Shown here in pieces: positions 31,257 through 42,100 of a DNA stretch of 64,000 bases. Below the pieces are notes generated by a model. The model had not been told where the DNA came from and did no database searches. It worked only from the letters and a program-made list of their open reading frames with translations. The number at the start of each line of letters is the position of its first letter. The stretch's first letter is position 1. Both the position numbers and the translations under genes were made by a program. Source of the stretch: a virus (lineage: Duplodnaviria > Caudoviricetes); IMG/VR virus record IMGVR_UViG_3300037067_027643, positions 160,001-224,000 of that record; one strand, given 5' to 3'.

Positions 31257-32084
31257 TTATTTTGAAAAATATTTACCTTTTAATACCCATGTACCTTTAA
31301 TTGGACTTTCTCCTGCTGGTTTCCAAACAAAATGATAAATTTTATTAACTATTGGGTTTACTTTTTCAAGTTCTGATTTATAAGTTGAAAATGCACTATT
31401 CATTTTAGTAGCATAATTATTTATAATATTTGCACCTACACCTCTTGCTTCTGGTGATTTTTTTCTAAATTCATCCCGTTGAATGCATAATTGAGGATCT
31501 ATTTCTAAATAAATAATCGAATTTAAATAATCTTGTGTAGCTGTTTCTTTAAACCTTTTCAATACAAAATCAGGATAAGCAGCTACTGTATCGTATATAA
31601 TATTATGTCCGCTTGTATAAATTTTATCTTGAAATATTTTATCTGATTCTTGCCTTGCAAAATCTCTGATATCAAAAAAATTAGAATAATATGATTTATT
31701 TATCTTATAATAGTTATGAAACTTAGATGAATAATTTAAATTTTCATTATTTTTAAACCAGTTCCAATCAGTTTTTATTTTTTGATTTACTTTTCCATTA
31801 TCTTCATATTGCATCGAATTCAAAACTTCATTAAATTTAAATTCTAATGATTTATCAAACAAATCATATAAAATCGAATAATCACTTTGTGCTGTCCTAT
31901 ATTGTAGTTCCTTAACTTGATTATCAGAATTAACAACATGATAAGAACTTAATTCTGGAAAATATTTTTTAAGTTCATTATTTATAAATGTAGATTTTCC
32001 TGACGCCGGTAAACCCATTAAAACAACAAGTTGAGGATGAATTCCACTTAGAGCTTCTATTAAAATTTGTTTTAGACTTATCAT
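31257..32084 (-). CDS. P-loop kinase (AAA_33/zeta-toxin/Pnk-like)
   Basis: Walker A GLPASGKST, VVNSD, IIYDT, CIQRD..R. ACTATTTATA 5 nt upstream of ATG. Confidence 0.75.
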   Translation of the reverse strand: MISLKQILIEALSGIHPQLVVLMGLPASGKSTFINNELKKYFPELSSYHVVNSDNQVKELQYRTAQSDYSILYDLFDKSLEFKFNEVLNSMQYEDNGKVNQKIKTDWNWFKNNENLNYSSKFHNYYKINKSYYSNFFDIRDFARQESDKIFQDKIYTSGHNIIYDTVAAYPDFVLKRFKETATQDYLNSIIYLEIDPQLCIQRDEFRKKSPEARGVGANIINNYATKMNSAFSTYKSELEKVNPIVNKIYHFVWKPAGESPIKGTWVLKGKYFSK

Positions 32085-32110
32085 ATTTATATAAATAGTA
32101 AAAATAAATT

Positions 32111-33655
32111 TTATTTTTTGGTAGAGTGTTCATATAATGGATATCCTTTTATTTTTGCAATTCTTTGATTAAATTTAGCCCACAAATCTAAATCTTTAAA
32201 CTCAATATGTAATGTTCCTTTCTTATATGCTTTAACCCTAAAATAAGTCCAATCAAAACATTTACCCCATTCTATATTACGTTCGAATAATTTACTATTT
32301 GGATAATCTTTTATTTTATTAGTAATATAATCTAATTTATTATTTCTAATAGTAACATCAAAATCATAATTTTTCTCATTAAGAAAATTACCTTTATCAT
32401 CGACTAAAAAATATTTATTTGAAATAAAATCATCCAACGAAACTAAATTACTATAATTATCTCCTGATATATAACATAATGCTTTAACAAAATCTTCAAT
32501 TAATTCAAATGTTGATGAAGAATAAGTACTTCTACTAATTTCTCCACTCCAACCAGGACTAATACAATAAGGTGTTATGAATTTTTTATTTAATAAATAA
32601 TAACTATTTGTTTTCCATCCTTCAACATGATATTTATTCTCATCGTAATGTTGAGTTATTTTATCAAACACTTCTAACAAGGCTTTATCCATTCTTTGTC
32701 CTGTTGTACCAATTATTACTTCTACCATTCTATATATGTTTTTCATAGTAAATGGAAAATTCTGTTGTTCTTCAATAAATTTATTTATATCTTCTTTAAG
32801 ACTTTTAGTACTATATTTCTTTAAGTTAAATTTGTCAAATAAAAACTTCCAAGCTGATTTTTGTAAATCCTTTTTAAATTCACTTCTTTTAATTTCTTTA
32901 TCTCCATTCTTACAACTAAAAGCAATAGTCGAACTATAAAATCCACTGAGTACACTATTTAATTCTACAGCTGATTCAATTTGTTTATCATAAATTTTAA
33001 CAGCCTGTATATATCGTTGAACTATATCTTTTACAAAGTCATATTTTACTAATCCATTTCCTTGAGCTGTTTCTGGTTCATCTTCCATAAAAAATCCTTC
33101 GAACTCAGTATTGTAATCGCTTGATGGTTTTGTTAATTTAACGCAACTAATATTTATATTTGTCTTTCTTTCTGCTGTTGAGAAACAATCTCCTAAATCT
33201 TCTGAGTAACCATAGTTATTAATAATTTCTTTGAGTTCTTGTCTTGTACTACTATATCTATCATTTTTAATTGTTTCCGTATTACATAATGAAATGATCT
33301 TACAACCTTCTGGAGCTATTTGCCAAGCATGTAATATATGCCGTTCATCAGCACTAAAAGGTGGGTTCATTATTATATAGTTAATATGACTCACATCTTC
33401 TGATTTTACTTTTAAAAAGTCATCACTAATAAATGTACTTATTGGTTTAAGAATAGTAATAAATTCTGGAACTCGTTCACAAGTTAATACCTGTTTAGTA
33501 TTATGCTTACTACAATACCGAACAATATCACCTATACCAGCACTTGGTTCTAATACCACTTTATCAGTTAAATCAATATCAAATAAAATATGATCTAATA
33601 CTGATTCTGGAGTTGGAAAGAAATCTTTGTTAAAAATTGAATATTTATCGTTCAT
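32111..33655 (-). CDS. N6-adenine DNA methyltransferase with DUF4942-like C-terminal domain
   Basis: DFFPTP, VLEPSAGIG, IIMNPPF, GWKTN, YFRVKAYKKGTLHIEF. Confidence 0.88.
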   Translation of the reverse strand: MNDKYSIFNKDFFPTPESVLDHILFDIDLTDKVVLEPSAGIGDIVRYCSKHNTKQVLTCERVPEFITILKPISTFISDDFLKVKSEDVSHINYIIMNPPFSADERHILHAWQIAPEGCKIISLCNTETIKNDRYSSTRQELKEIINNYGYSEDLGDCFSTAERKTNINISCVKLTKPSSDYNTEFEGFFMEDEPETAQGNGLVKYDFVKDIVQRYIQAVKIYDKQIESAVELNSVLSGFYSSTIAFSCKNGDKEIKRSEFKKDLQKSAWKFLFDKFNLKKYSTKSLKEDINKFIEEQQNFPFTMKNIYRMVEVIIGTTGQRMDKALLEVFDKITQHYDENKYHVEGWKTNSYYLLNKKFITPYCISPGWSGEISRSTYSSSTFELIEDFVKALCYISGDNYSNLVSLDDFISNKYFLVDDKGNFLNEKNYDFDVTIRNNKLDYITNKIKDYPNSKLFERNIEWGKCFDWTYFRVKAYKKGTLHIEFKDLDLWAKFNQRIAKIKGYPLYEHSTKK

Positions 33656-33678
33656 TTTGTTTGTTTTAAATTATAATA

Positions 33679-33710
33679 CAAATGTACAAAAAAGAAATTA
33701 CATTACCAAA
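33679..33710 (-). promoter_or_regulatory. Bacteroidota-type early promoter for the methyltransferase
   Basis: TTTG-N20-TACATTTG. Confidence 0.8.
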
Positions 33711-33720
33711 TTTATTTCAA

Positions 33721-33756
33721 TAAAAAAGACTACCAACCTAAATCGATAGTCTTAAA
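33721..33756 (-). terminator. Intrinsic terminator (minus strand)
   Basis: AAGACTAT.../...GTAGTCTT stem followed by TTTT on the minus strand. Confidence 0.6.
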
Positions 33757-33787
33757 ATGAATGAAAATATAAAAAACAAAATCCTAA

Positions 33788-34114
33788 TCAATAATCGTCA
33801 TTATCATTACCCTGACTATTGTGACCGTATTTATCTTCGTCAACAATATCAAACTCTTCTTCAATATCATCATAACTCCTGTAGTTCATATCTGGTAGAT
33901 ACAGTTGTCTTAGGTCATATAACTGTTCTATACCATTATCTATTTCATCATCTGTATCAAAATATCGATTACAGAAATCTGTTATTTCTTTGTCTGTTAA
34001 TTCTTCTATACAGTCAAACATGTAAGAATAAAATTCTGGTACATTGTATTCATAATGTTTTGCTTCTACTATAATAGTTAGAAAGTCATCTATGTTAGCT
34101 TTTACTACTCTCAT
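33788..34114 (-). CDS. Highly acidic small protein
   Basis: About 30 Asp/Glu in 108 aa. Confidence 0.6.
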   Translation of the reverse strand: MRVVKANIDDFLTIIVEAKHYEYNVPEFYSYMFDCIEELTDKEITDFCNRYFDTDDEIDNGIEQLYDLRQLYLPDMNYRSYDDIEEEFDIVDEDKYGHNSQGNDNDDY

Positions 34115-34484
34115 CTTCCTTGTTGTTTAAATAGTTTTCTTTTAATGTTTCAATTAATTTAGTTATTTTTTCTTGTGTATTAGCGTTTGGTTGTCCGATT
34201 AGCATTTTAATAGCACAGTTTATACAATATGATTGTGGTACAATTACGCAAGCATTATTAATATTAACTATTTCTATTTCTTTATTAGCTATAGCATTTT
34301 GTAATGTATCTGGTATATCATTTACACTAAATATATTATTTCCAATTATACCACCTCCGGTATTTCCCGGTATAACTACATTTCCTATGAACTCTAAAAA
34401 ATCTTGTGGGTTTTCTGATTCATAGTTACATTTGTCACAAATGTATATTTCTTTATATCTTTTCATTTTTATTGTTTATTTATT

Positions 34485-34991
34485 TTAATTTTTATTATAA
34501 ATGCGTCTTCCATATTCAGCTATTAAAATTCCATCTGCGTCTTTGTGCTTCGTTATTAAAGTTTCATGTTCTGGAAATAATCTTTTTCCTATTGTCATGC
34601 TATCAATTTTTAATTGTTCTTTTGTAGATCCTATCGGTAATAGCATTCGTTGAAATAGCTTTGAGTCAGTATATTCGTATGAATATTTTAATTGTTCGAT
34701 TACAATTAATGTTGATTCCAATGCTCTTACTCCAGAAATAGTTGCAGAAAATCTTGCTGGATTGACAAGTGGGCGCTCTAATAATACATGACATTTATAT
34801 TCTTTAAATTGTGCTAAAAAATTATAAAGCTCATCATGTTTAATTCTACTGATATTTCCCTTTTTCTTTGTATAGTTTTGTGAAGAAAATGATGGAGTTT
34901 TGATAAAATATGTTTTGCCAGTAACACAATTAATAACACCAATGCTACCCGAGGTACCGTTATCAACGCCAATTACAATTTCGTATAACAT
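34485..34991 (-). CDS. RuvC-like Holliday junction resolvase
   Basis: IGVDNGTSG, LLERP, DADGILIAEYG. Confidence 0.8.
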   Translation of the reverse strand: MLYEIVIGVDNGTSGSIGVINCVTGKTYFIKTPSFSSQNYTKKKGNISRIKHDELYNFLAQFKEYKCHVLLERPLVNPARFSATISGVRALESTLIVIEQLKYSYEYTDSKLFQRMLLPIGSTKEQLKIDSMTIGKRLFPEHETLITKHKDADGILIAEYGRRIYNKN

Positions 34992-34995
34992 ATAT

Positions 34996-35754
34996 CTAAA
35001 ATTTTATAATTGAATAAGTTAATCCCAAACCCAAAAATATCTGTGCTTTTAAGTTACCTCCTAATCCAACTCCTACAAACGGACCTAATCCAAATCGTTT
35101 TTTATTAGCTACTTTTTTAAGTTCTTTACTATCATTTATATCTATTATAGCACCATCTAAATGAGTAATTGTAAAACCTGGATAATCACTTCTCACATAT
35201 ATTTCTAATTTACCTTTATTTTCTTTAATACCTGTTATTAAACTTATTCCAATTTCATTCTTAGTAAGTAATGTTCCTTTTGATGTTGGAGGTAAAATTT
35301 TACAATCTAATACAGTCTGTCCATTTAATATTTGATAGTTTAATTTATCTTTGGTAAAGTATTCACTGTAATCCCATTTTACTAAATATTTATCATTACC
35401 TAATGAAATAATAGTATCATGAATATATATAGTATCATGTACAATTTTAATTATTTCTTTTATAATTACTTTTACTTTACCCTTTTCTAGTTGGAGTTCA
35501 TTATATAAATCTTTATTTTGTTTTTCTAAGTTAGATTTATCTGTAATAAGAATAGTTCTATCATATTCCAGTTTTCCATTTTTAGTTCTTTCTGTTCGTA
35601 AACTGTCAGTGTAATAATCTATATTGTTTTGAATTTGTGCTTTATACTGATTGGTTTTAGAACATTGTCTAAAGAAGAGTACTATAAATACAACGGATAT
35701 TATTAATAATATAAATGTATAATTTTTTGTAATGTAATTAATTATTTTTTTCAT
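34996..35754 (-). CDS. Spanin-like lysis protein
   Basis: N-terminal TM followed by RQCS, coiled coil, DTIYIHDT, C-terminal KRFGLGPFVGVG...LGLGLTYSIIKF beta-hairpin typical of Bacteroidota phages. Confidence 0.55.
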   Translation of the reverse strand: MKKIINYITKNYTFILLIISVVFIVLFFRQCSKTNQYKAQIQNNIDYYTDSLRTERTKNGKLEYDRTILITDKSNLEKQNKDLYNELQLEKGKVKVIIKEIIKIVHDTIYIHDTIISLGNDKYLVKWDYSEYFTKDKLNYQILNGQTVLDCKILPPTSKGTLLTKNEIGISLITGIKENKGKLEIYVRSDYPGFTITHLDGAIIDINDSKELKKVANKKRFGLGPFVGVGLGGNLKAQIFLGLGLTYSIIKF

Positions 35755-36017
35755 GTTTTATTTTTGATTTTTAATAAAATTAATAAAATCTATTTTTAAT
35801 TTATCGCCTATAAGTTCATATATTTTATTATATTCTAATTCATTAAACATTTCTATATCTTGTTGTGTTTCAATAGACCAAGCAAATGAAATTAATTTTT
35901 TTGATTTAAAATTATATGGATCGTGTATACATTCTCCAATTATAAATTCAAATTTCCCATCGATTGAAGGAATGTTATCTTTGTTAATTTTTAATTCTAC
36001 TGTTTCCATAATTTTAT

Positions 36018-36680
36018 TTATTTTTTATTCTTTTTAAACTTAATCTTAAATGTTGATAAAAGTAACGTCTGAAATTTAACACCAATTTTATTCGACCAAA
36101 TCTGATTTCCATTTCCGTTCATCGGAGTATTTGAAATTATTACGACTTTATTATTGCTTTTAAATATTGGCAATAAATCTATTAACATTAACTGATTTTC
36201 ATTAAAGTCATCAAATACAAATATAGCATTTTCGTATTGAGCTATTAATTGAGAATAGGCTTTTATTTCTGAGTCTTCAATAAATGTAATATAACTATTA
36301 TATTCTAACAAGTCAATTCCAATAGGAGAAAAATCTACATTATTTTCATTTGCTAATAACGATAATAATATTTTTTTAGTCATTACTATGTTAGGAGAAT
36401 GGATAATTATATTTCGATTAGTTAATGTTTTACAAAGATATAATACATACAATAGTGATATTGTAGTTCCACCTATCTGTTTTGATTTAAGTAAAAATAA
36501 TTTATCGTAAGCTAAAAGAAATTTTAAAAACTTTAGTTGATGTTTATAAATTGTAATATCATACATATTAGCAAGAGATGGATTTGTTAAATCTGGTACT
36601 AATATCTTAAACATAGAAGATATTTCACTTGCTACTCGTTTTGTAATTTTATCAAATTTTATGGATTTAAAGAAATTCAA
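36018..36680 (-). CDS. Degenerate terminase-large-subunit-like ATPase domain
   Basis: YKHQ (Q motif), LLKSKQIGGTT (cf. KxRQxGKT), IFVFDDF, IISNTPMNG. No nuclease domain. Confidence 0.55.
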   Translation of the reverse strand: MNFFKSIKFDKITKRVASEISSMFKILVPDLTNPSLANMYDITIYKHQLKFLKFLLAYDKLFLLKSKQIGGTTISLLYVLYLCKTLTNRNIIIHSPNIVMTKKILLSLLANENNVDFSPIGIDLLEYNSYITFIEDSEIKAYSQLIAQYENAIFVFDDFNENQLMLIDLLPIFKSNNKVVIISNTPMNGNGNQIWSNKIGVKFQTLLLSTFKIKFKKNKK

Positions 36681-36739
36681 TTGTTAAATAATTTAAATTT
36701 TTATTTTAATATACAAAATTATTTTTGAATTTCCAAAAT

Positions 36740-37069
36740 TTAAATAGCAACATCGTCAAAATTATTAGTTGGTGGAACATCTGTAGTAGAATCAGTAAGT
36801 AATTCTTTTTTACTTGTTTTTCTTCTTTTTGGAGTGTTATTATCTGTATAGTCGACTGTTGGATAGATTGTTTTATCTTTATTAAAAAATGTAGCAATTG
36901 TTTCTAATCCAATCATTGATGCACTTATTCCTAACGCTGTTAATACAGTAGCATCATACATACCCAATGATATTAATATCATACTCCATATAAATCCAAT
37001 GCCACCAAATACCCGTTTAGATGATATTTTACCATGACTACTAAATATTTGAAATAGAATTTTATTCAT
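36740..37069 (-). CDS. Holin-like membrane protein
   Basis: GKISSKRV followed by two hydrophobic helices and a charged C-tail. Confidence 0.55.
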   Translation of the reverse strand: MNKILFQIFSSHGKISSKRVFGGIGFIWSMILISLGMYDATVLTALGISASMIGLETIATFFNKDKTIYPTVDYTDNNTPKRRKTSKKELLTDSTTDVPPTNNFDDVAI

Positions 37070-37078
37070 AATTTTAAA

Positions 37079-37807
37079 TTATTTAAATATGTATCCGTGA
37101 AATGATTTATTAGATAGATTACCATTTACATTCTTTAAAGACTGTTCCATACGAACTAAAAATGATTCCATTGATACTGCTATTGGTAATAATACTGTAT
37201 ATACTCTAATTAAATTGTTTTCATATATTGGTGATGTTAATATATCTTTTAATCCATTTACACCTATATCATTTTGATTTTCGTTATATGATTTCCAAAC
37301 TGAACTTATTATAAATGATGCTATTCTACGTTCTTCTTCTGTTCTCGCATCTTTTTCAAAATCAATAATACATTGTGTTATTCCATTATAAGATATATCT
37401 ATTATAATTTGTTCTAATTCATCGGTTCTTAAGCATTCTAAATCTTCTCTTAATATAAGTTCTTTAATACTTTTTTCGATAAAATTAAGTCTGTATTTCA
37501 TTAATAATTTTATAGTATAGTTTCTAGCATCGTCTCCAAAATTTAGTATATTAAGTTTTATATTTCTTAAATAATTTAAATGTGTAAAGAAATAATGTTT
37601 TTCTAAATCCTTTTTTGTTATTTTATATTCCTTGGATATACTTCTTATATTTTTTATCCATTTAAATATATTATATTTTTCTAAATATGCTAAAAATTTA
37701 TTTAGATATTTAAGTAACAATATAATAATAACAATTATTCCAATATATAATATAATATTTGGTGAAAAATTTGTCGTTAAATAGTCAAACATTTTATTCA
37801 AATCCAT
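37079..37807 (-). CDS. N-terminally anchored membrane protein (possible holin/antiholin)
   Basis: TM IILYIGIIVIIILLL. Preceded by ACTATTTATA (37833-37842). Confidence 0.5.
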   Translation of the reverse strand: MDLNKMFDYLTTNFSPNIILYIGIIVIIILLLKYLNKFLAYLEKYNIFKWIKNIRSISKEYKITKKDLEKHYFFTHLNYLRNIKLNILNFGDDARNYTIKLLMKYRLNFIEKSIKELILREDLECLRTDELEQIIIDISYNGITQCIIDFEKDARTEEERRIASFIISSVWKSYNENQNDIGVNGLKDILTSPIYENNLIRVYTVLLPIAVSMESFLVRMEQSLKNVNGNLSNKSFHGYIFK

Positions 37808-37856
37808 CTCTTAAATTTTTATCGATTTATAATATAAATAGTAAATTTTTATTTAA

Positions 37857-39134
37857 TTAATTTTTAACAATTCTAGAACCAATTTCATATAGATACCCAA
37901 CAATTTCTTCACTTTGCTTTATTAATAATTCATTAATTTTTTCGACTTGTTTTTTTTGTACCTCTATTATTTGTTTTTGATTATCAATTACTCTCATTCT
38001 ATTAATTACAAATATTATAAAAATTATTAATAATAATATAATTATAATAATAAATGTAATTATTATTTTTTGTTGATGATTTTTATTGTACTGAACTTGA
38101 TTTGTTATTGTAAGATTTTTAATCAAAAGTAAATTCTTTTCTGTTTGATATTGTGTTTCTATTTTAGCTATGTTTTTTTGATATGTTTCATTATTTATAA
38201 TATCAAATAAAGTTTTACATCTTTCATACGATTCTAAAGACGCTTTATAATTTCCTTTAGCTTTATAAGCCATCCATAAATATTGTAATGCCCACGCTTC
38301 TTTATCTTTTGCTTTTATTTCTTGTGCTAAATCAATACTTTTATTTGCATATTCTATTACTTTATCATAATTTTGTTCTTTAATATAACAAAGGGATATT
38401 AATCCATAATAAACTGACAATTTATTTTTATTATTTATTTCTTTACTTATTTGTATTGCTTTGTTATAATAATAATGTGCTATATCATATTTATTATTAT
38501 CCATATTTGTAACAGCTATACTATTATAACAATTAGCTATTCCATTTTTATCTGATAGTTGAATAAATATTTTTAACGCTTTATTATAGTATATTATTGA
38601 CGTAAATTTTAATATTTTATCTGCCTTGCTTTGTTCGTGTAATAATAATCCATATCTATGATATAAATTTGCTAAACCATTTAAATCATTAATTTCTATA
38701 TAAATATTTTTTGATTGATTATAATAATATAATGCTTTTTTAAAATTTTTAGTGGAAAAATAATAATAACCAATATTCATATTCACATCTGCAATACCTT
38801 TTTTAAAATTAATACCTTCAAATATTTTTATTGATTTAAGAAAGTATTCCATCGCTTGATTATAATTACCAATATTATAGTGGGCTTTTCCTATATTTAA
38901 ATAAAACGAACCAATACCATTAATATAATGAAATTGTATAGCATATTTTAATCCTATATTTCCAAAATAAATTGCTGTATCTGGATTGGAATTTTGATAT
39001 TGTTCACATAAATTAAGATATATATTCACCTGAATTATTTTATTAGAATCAGCTGGATAATGTTGATTGTTTGAATATATATTATTTGCTAATAATATAA
39101 ATATAGTAATTATTATTATTTTAATTAATTTCAT
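37857..39134 (-). CDS. TPR-repeat membrane protein (sensor-like, no catalytic output domain)
   Basis: Signal peptide, about 6 TPRs (NIGKAHYNIGNYNQAMEYF...), IETQYQTEK, TM helix, short coiled-coil tail. Confidence 0.8.
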   Translation of the reverse strand: MKLIKIIIITIFILLANNIYSNNQHYPADSNKIIQVNIYLNLCEQYQNSNPDTAIYFGNIGLKYAIQFHYINGIGSFYLNIGKAHYNIGNYNQAMEYFLKSIKIFEGINFKKGIADVNMNIGYYYFSTKNFKKALYYYNQSKNIYIEINDLNGLANLYHRYGLLLHEQSKADKILKFTSIIYYNKALKIFIQLSDKNGIANCYNSIAVTNMDNNKYDIAHYYYNKAIQISKEINNKNKLSVYYGLISLCYIKEQNYDKVIEYANKSIDLAQEIKAKDKEAWALQYLWMAYKAKGNYKASLESYERCKTLFDIINNETYQKNIAKIETQYQTEKNLLLIKNLTITNQVQYNKNHQQKIIITFIIIIILLLIIFIIFVINRMRVIDNQKQIIEVQKKQVEKINELLIKQSEEIVGYLYEIGSRIVKN

Positions 39135-39141
39135 TTTTCTT

Positions 39142-42100
39142 TTAATCTGTTATGTTTACAAAATGTAATATATCTGTTCCATCGTAATAATTTAATCTAA
39201 ATGTTCCATCACTTTTATTATAAATTGTACAATTATAAGCTCCATATACATAAGTTGCCGATGTAAAATCTATATTATTAGGACAATATTCAATATTATT
39301 TGATTGAAAACTATCTCCAATTATATTTGAATTAAAACCATCTCTAATATTATTTGATTGAAAACTATCCCCGATTGTATTTAAATAAAAACTACTTCTA
39401 ATATTATTTACAGAGAAGCTATTTCTAATATTATTTGAATAACAACCGTCTCCAATTATATTTGAATTAAAATACTCTCTAATATTATTTGATTGAAAAC
39501 TATTTCCGATTGTATTTGAATAGAAGCTATAACCAAATATATTTGTATTTCCAATTGTATTCGATTGAAAACTATCACCAATCGTATTCGATTGAAAACT
39601 ATCACCAATTACGTTTGATTGAAAAAGTCTTCCAATATTATTTGATTGAAAAGTATCACCAATTACATTTGAATAACAACTAATTCTAATTGTATTTGAA
39701 TAACAACTATCACCAATTGTAATAGTATAACCATCAGATTTAATATTATTTGAATAGCAAGTACTTCCAAAAACAATATTATTTAGTCTTGAATAGTATC
39801 CATTATTGTCAAAGCTAATTATATTAATATGATTATCATAACAATATTCATCGTAAGGTGTAAATGTATAATAATCTAATGGGTCACTCATTGATAGATT
39901 AGTTGTTGTAATATCACCGACACTAAATTCACTTGGTGTAGATGTCCAACTATAGTTTTTAAAATTATTTAACCAAAATTGCCAATTAACAGCATCGGAA
40001 CTAGGATCTGCAATTGATTCACTGTGAGTTGTTTTTGCTTTGTATAAATAATCATTACTTCCTGATACTATATCTTTAGCTGTATAACTACCGGATGAAA
40101 CCCATCCTGTAGCATTTACTTTCCATCTTCTAAAAATTATATTTCTAAAATCATAATAGCATTCATTATTTCGAATAGTATCCTTACGATATGTAATTAA
40201 TCCTTTGAATCCATTTACAGGCAATAATTCCGGAGTTATTAAATTCCAACTTGTTCCAGAAAACATATATGTATTTGTATTACTTGTAACATACGCATAT
40301 TCATTTATAGACGCAGATGCATAAGTCCAATTACTGCTAATATATGTTGTTATTTGATGTATATGAGTATTCCAAGGCGATGGAGATCCTGGTAATATTA
40401 CTACAGAATAACCTTCTGGTGGACCCAGTGGAATTGAATTATTAATATCATCAACTGTATAAGTTGGCGGAGGAACACCTACTCCAAAGAAAGCAATATC
40501 TCTTGTATCTCCACCAGTAATATCATAATAAATTGTATCTTGTGGATATACGGTAGAAATCGCAGTTTTATCAATAGAACCAGTCGATATAGAAAATACA
40601 ACTAACGGTTCAATACTTCCGGTATGTATGTCACTTGTAATTGTATTACCATCTAATATATTATGTACTGTTTGATAATCTGTTATTTTATAATGTTTTC
40701 CGGTTGTTAATGTTTGATTGTAAATTGATGAACTTAATTGAGAATATGTAATATTAATTAATTCGGAACTACTCATATCTAATTGATCAATTCTATAATC
40801 AAAACTACTGCTATCACTAACATAAGATTGCGAATATATATTAAAATCAGCACTCAATAAATAATTGCTCTGTGAAAGATATGTATTATTTATATTTGTA
40901 TTAAAAGAAGAACTATCTAAAGAGTAATTTGTTTCGAATGTATATAATGATTGTGAACTTGCAAAGCTGGATGTATTTAAAAATATCAATCCATTTTCTG
41001 CTGGGTTTACTTGTGGAATATAATTAGCACTTGAAGAATAACTATTAGGAACATCTAATAAATTTGTAAAATATGTAGATCCAGCACTACTTGATGGAGG
41101 TGATCCAATCCATTTACTACCAGAAACACTTAATACATATCCATTTGGATAAACACCTAAATCAATTACATTATTTAAATCTCCAAGATTAACAGGAATA
41201 CTGCTACTAAGATTAACATCGGTAATATAACAGCTTTGACTTAATAAATATACAGAACTCGATGTATTTAATTGAGTATTATAAAATGATGTTGATACAG
41301 AACTACTTAAATTGGTAACAGATGTATAAACACTACTTGATAAACTCGTTATATTACTATTAGTTGTATTTATTCTGCTGTTAAAGCTACTTGATATGTT
41401 GGTTTGATTTAATTCGTATGTATAGAAACTACTAGAATAAACATATTTAGTATCTTCAACAAATACTGTTTTATCACTTCCGGAATTAACCATCAAAAGA
41501 ACAGAATAATTTGGACTTTGTGACTTAACATCTAAATAACTAGTGGGGCAATCAGTTAATTCTAGTAATGTAGTTGCCCCACTTAAAGCACTACTTGTTA
41601 TATGTGATAAACTTTCAGAAAAACTAGAACTTAAATTATAAACAGTTGTATATTCACTTGCACTTAAATTATAAATTGAGGTATAAACACTCTGCGAATA
41701 AGAAGCAGTCCAGGTATTAACGCTTTCAGAATGAATATTTAAATAACCAATGTTTGTATTATTACTGGCTGTATATTGATTTATTAACTGTTCATAACTA
41801 TTAACAGATGATGTAAATTGATTAAATGTATTAGTATTGGCAAAGCTTGAAGTTGATATAAAATCTATTTTGGAACCACTTATCTGAAGTATTTTTCCAT
41901 CTTGTCCGGTATAAGAATTATTAGCAACATCATTTAAATTGATAAATGATAATAAAGTATTTAAACTTCCTGTTGATATGTTTTCCCAATTAAAGGTAGA
42001 AGAATTATAAGCTAGTAAATTGAAATTTCCAGGTGTGGTTATTGTAACATCTAAAAGATTTGGTAAATTATCTGCATAATAAGGTAATTGACTGTATGTA

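Noticed and set aside
36714-36737. Additional early promoter upstream of the terminase-like gene
   Set aside because: The -7 element is present, but the TTTG is only about 12 nt away rather than 20, so it was not counted.
39289-39760. CRISPR array or DGR template/variable repeat
   Set aside because: The repeats are in-frame coding units without unique spacers. No reverse transcriptase or non-coding template copy is in the window.
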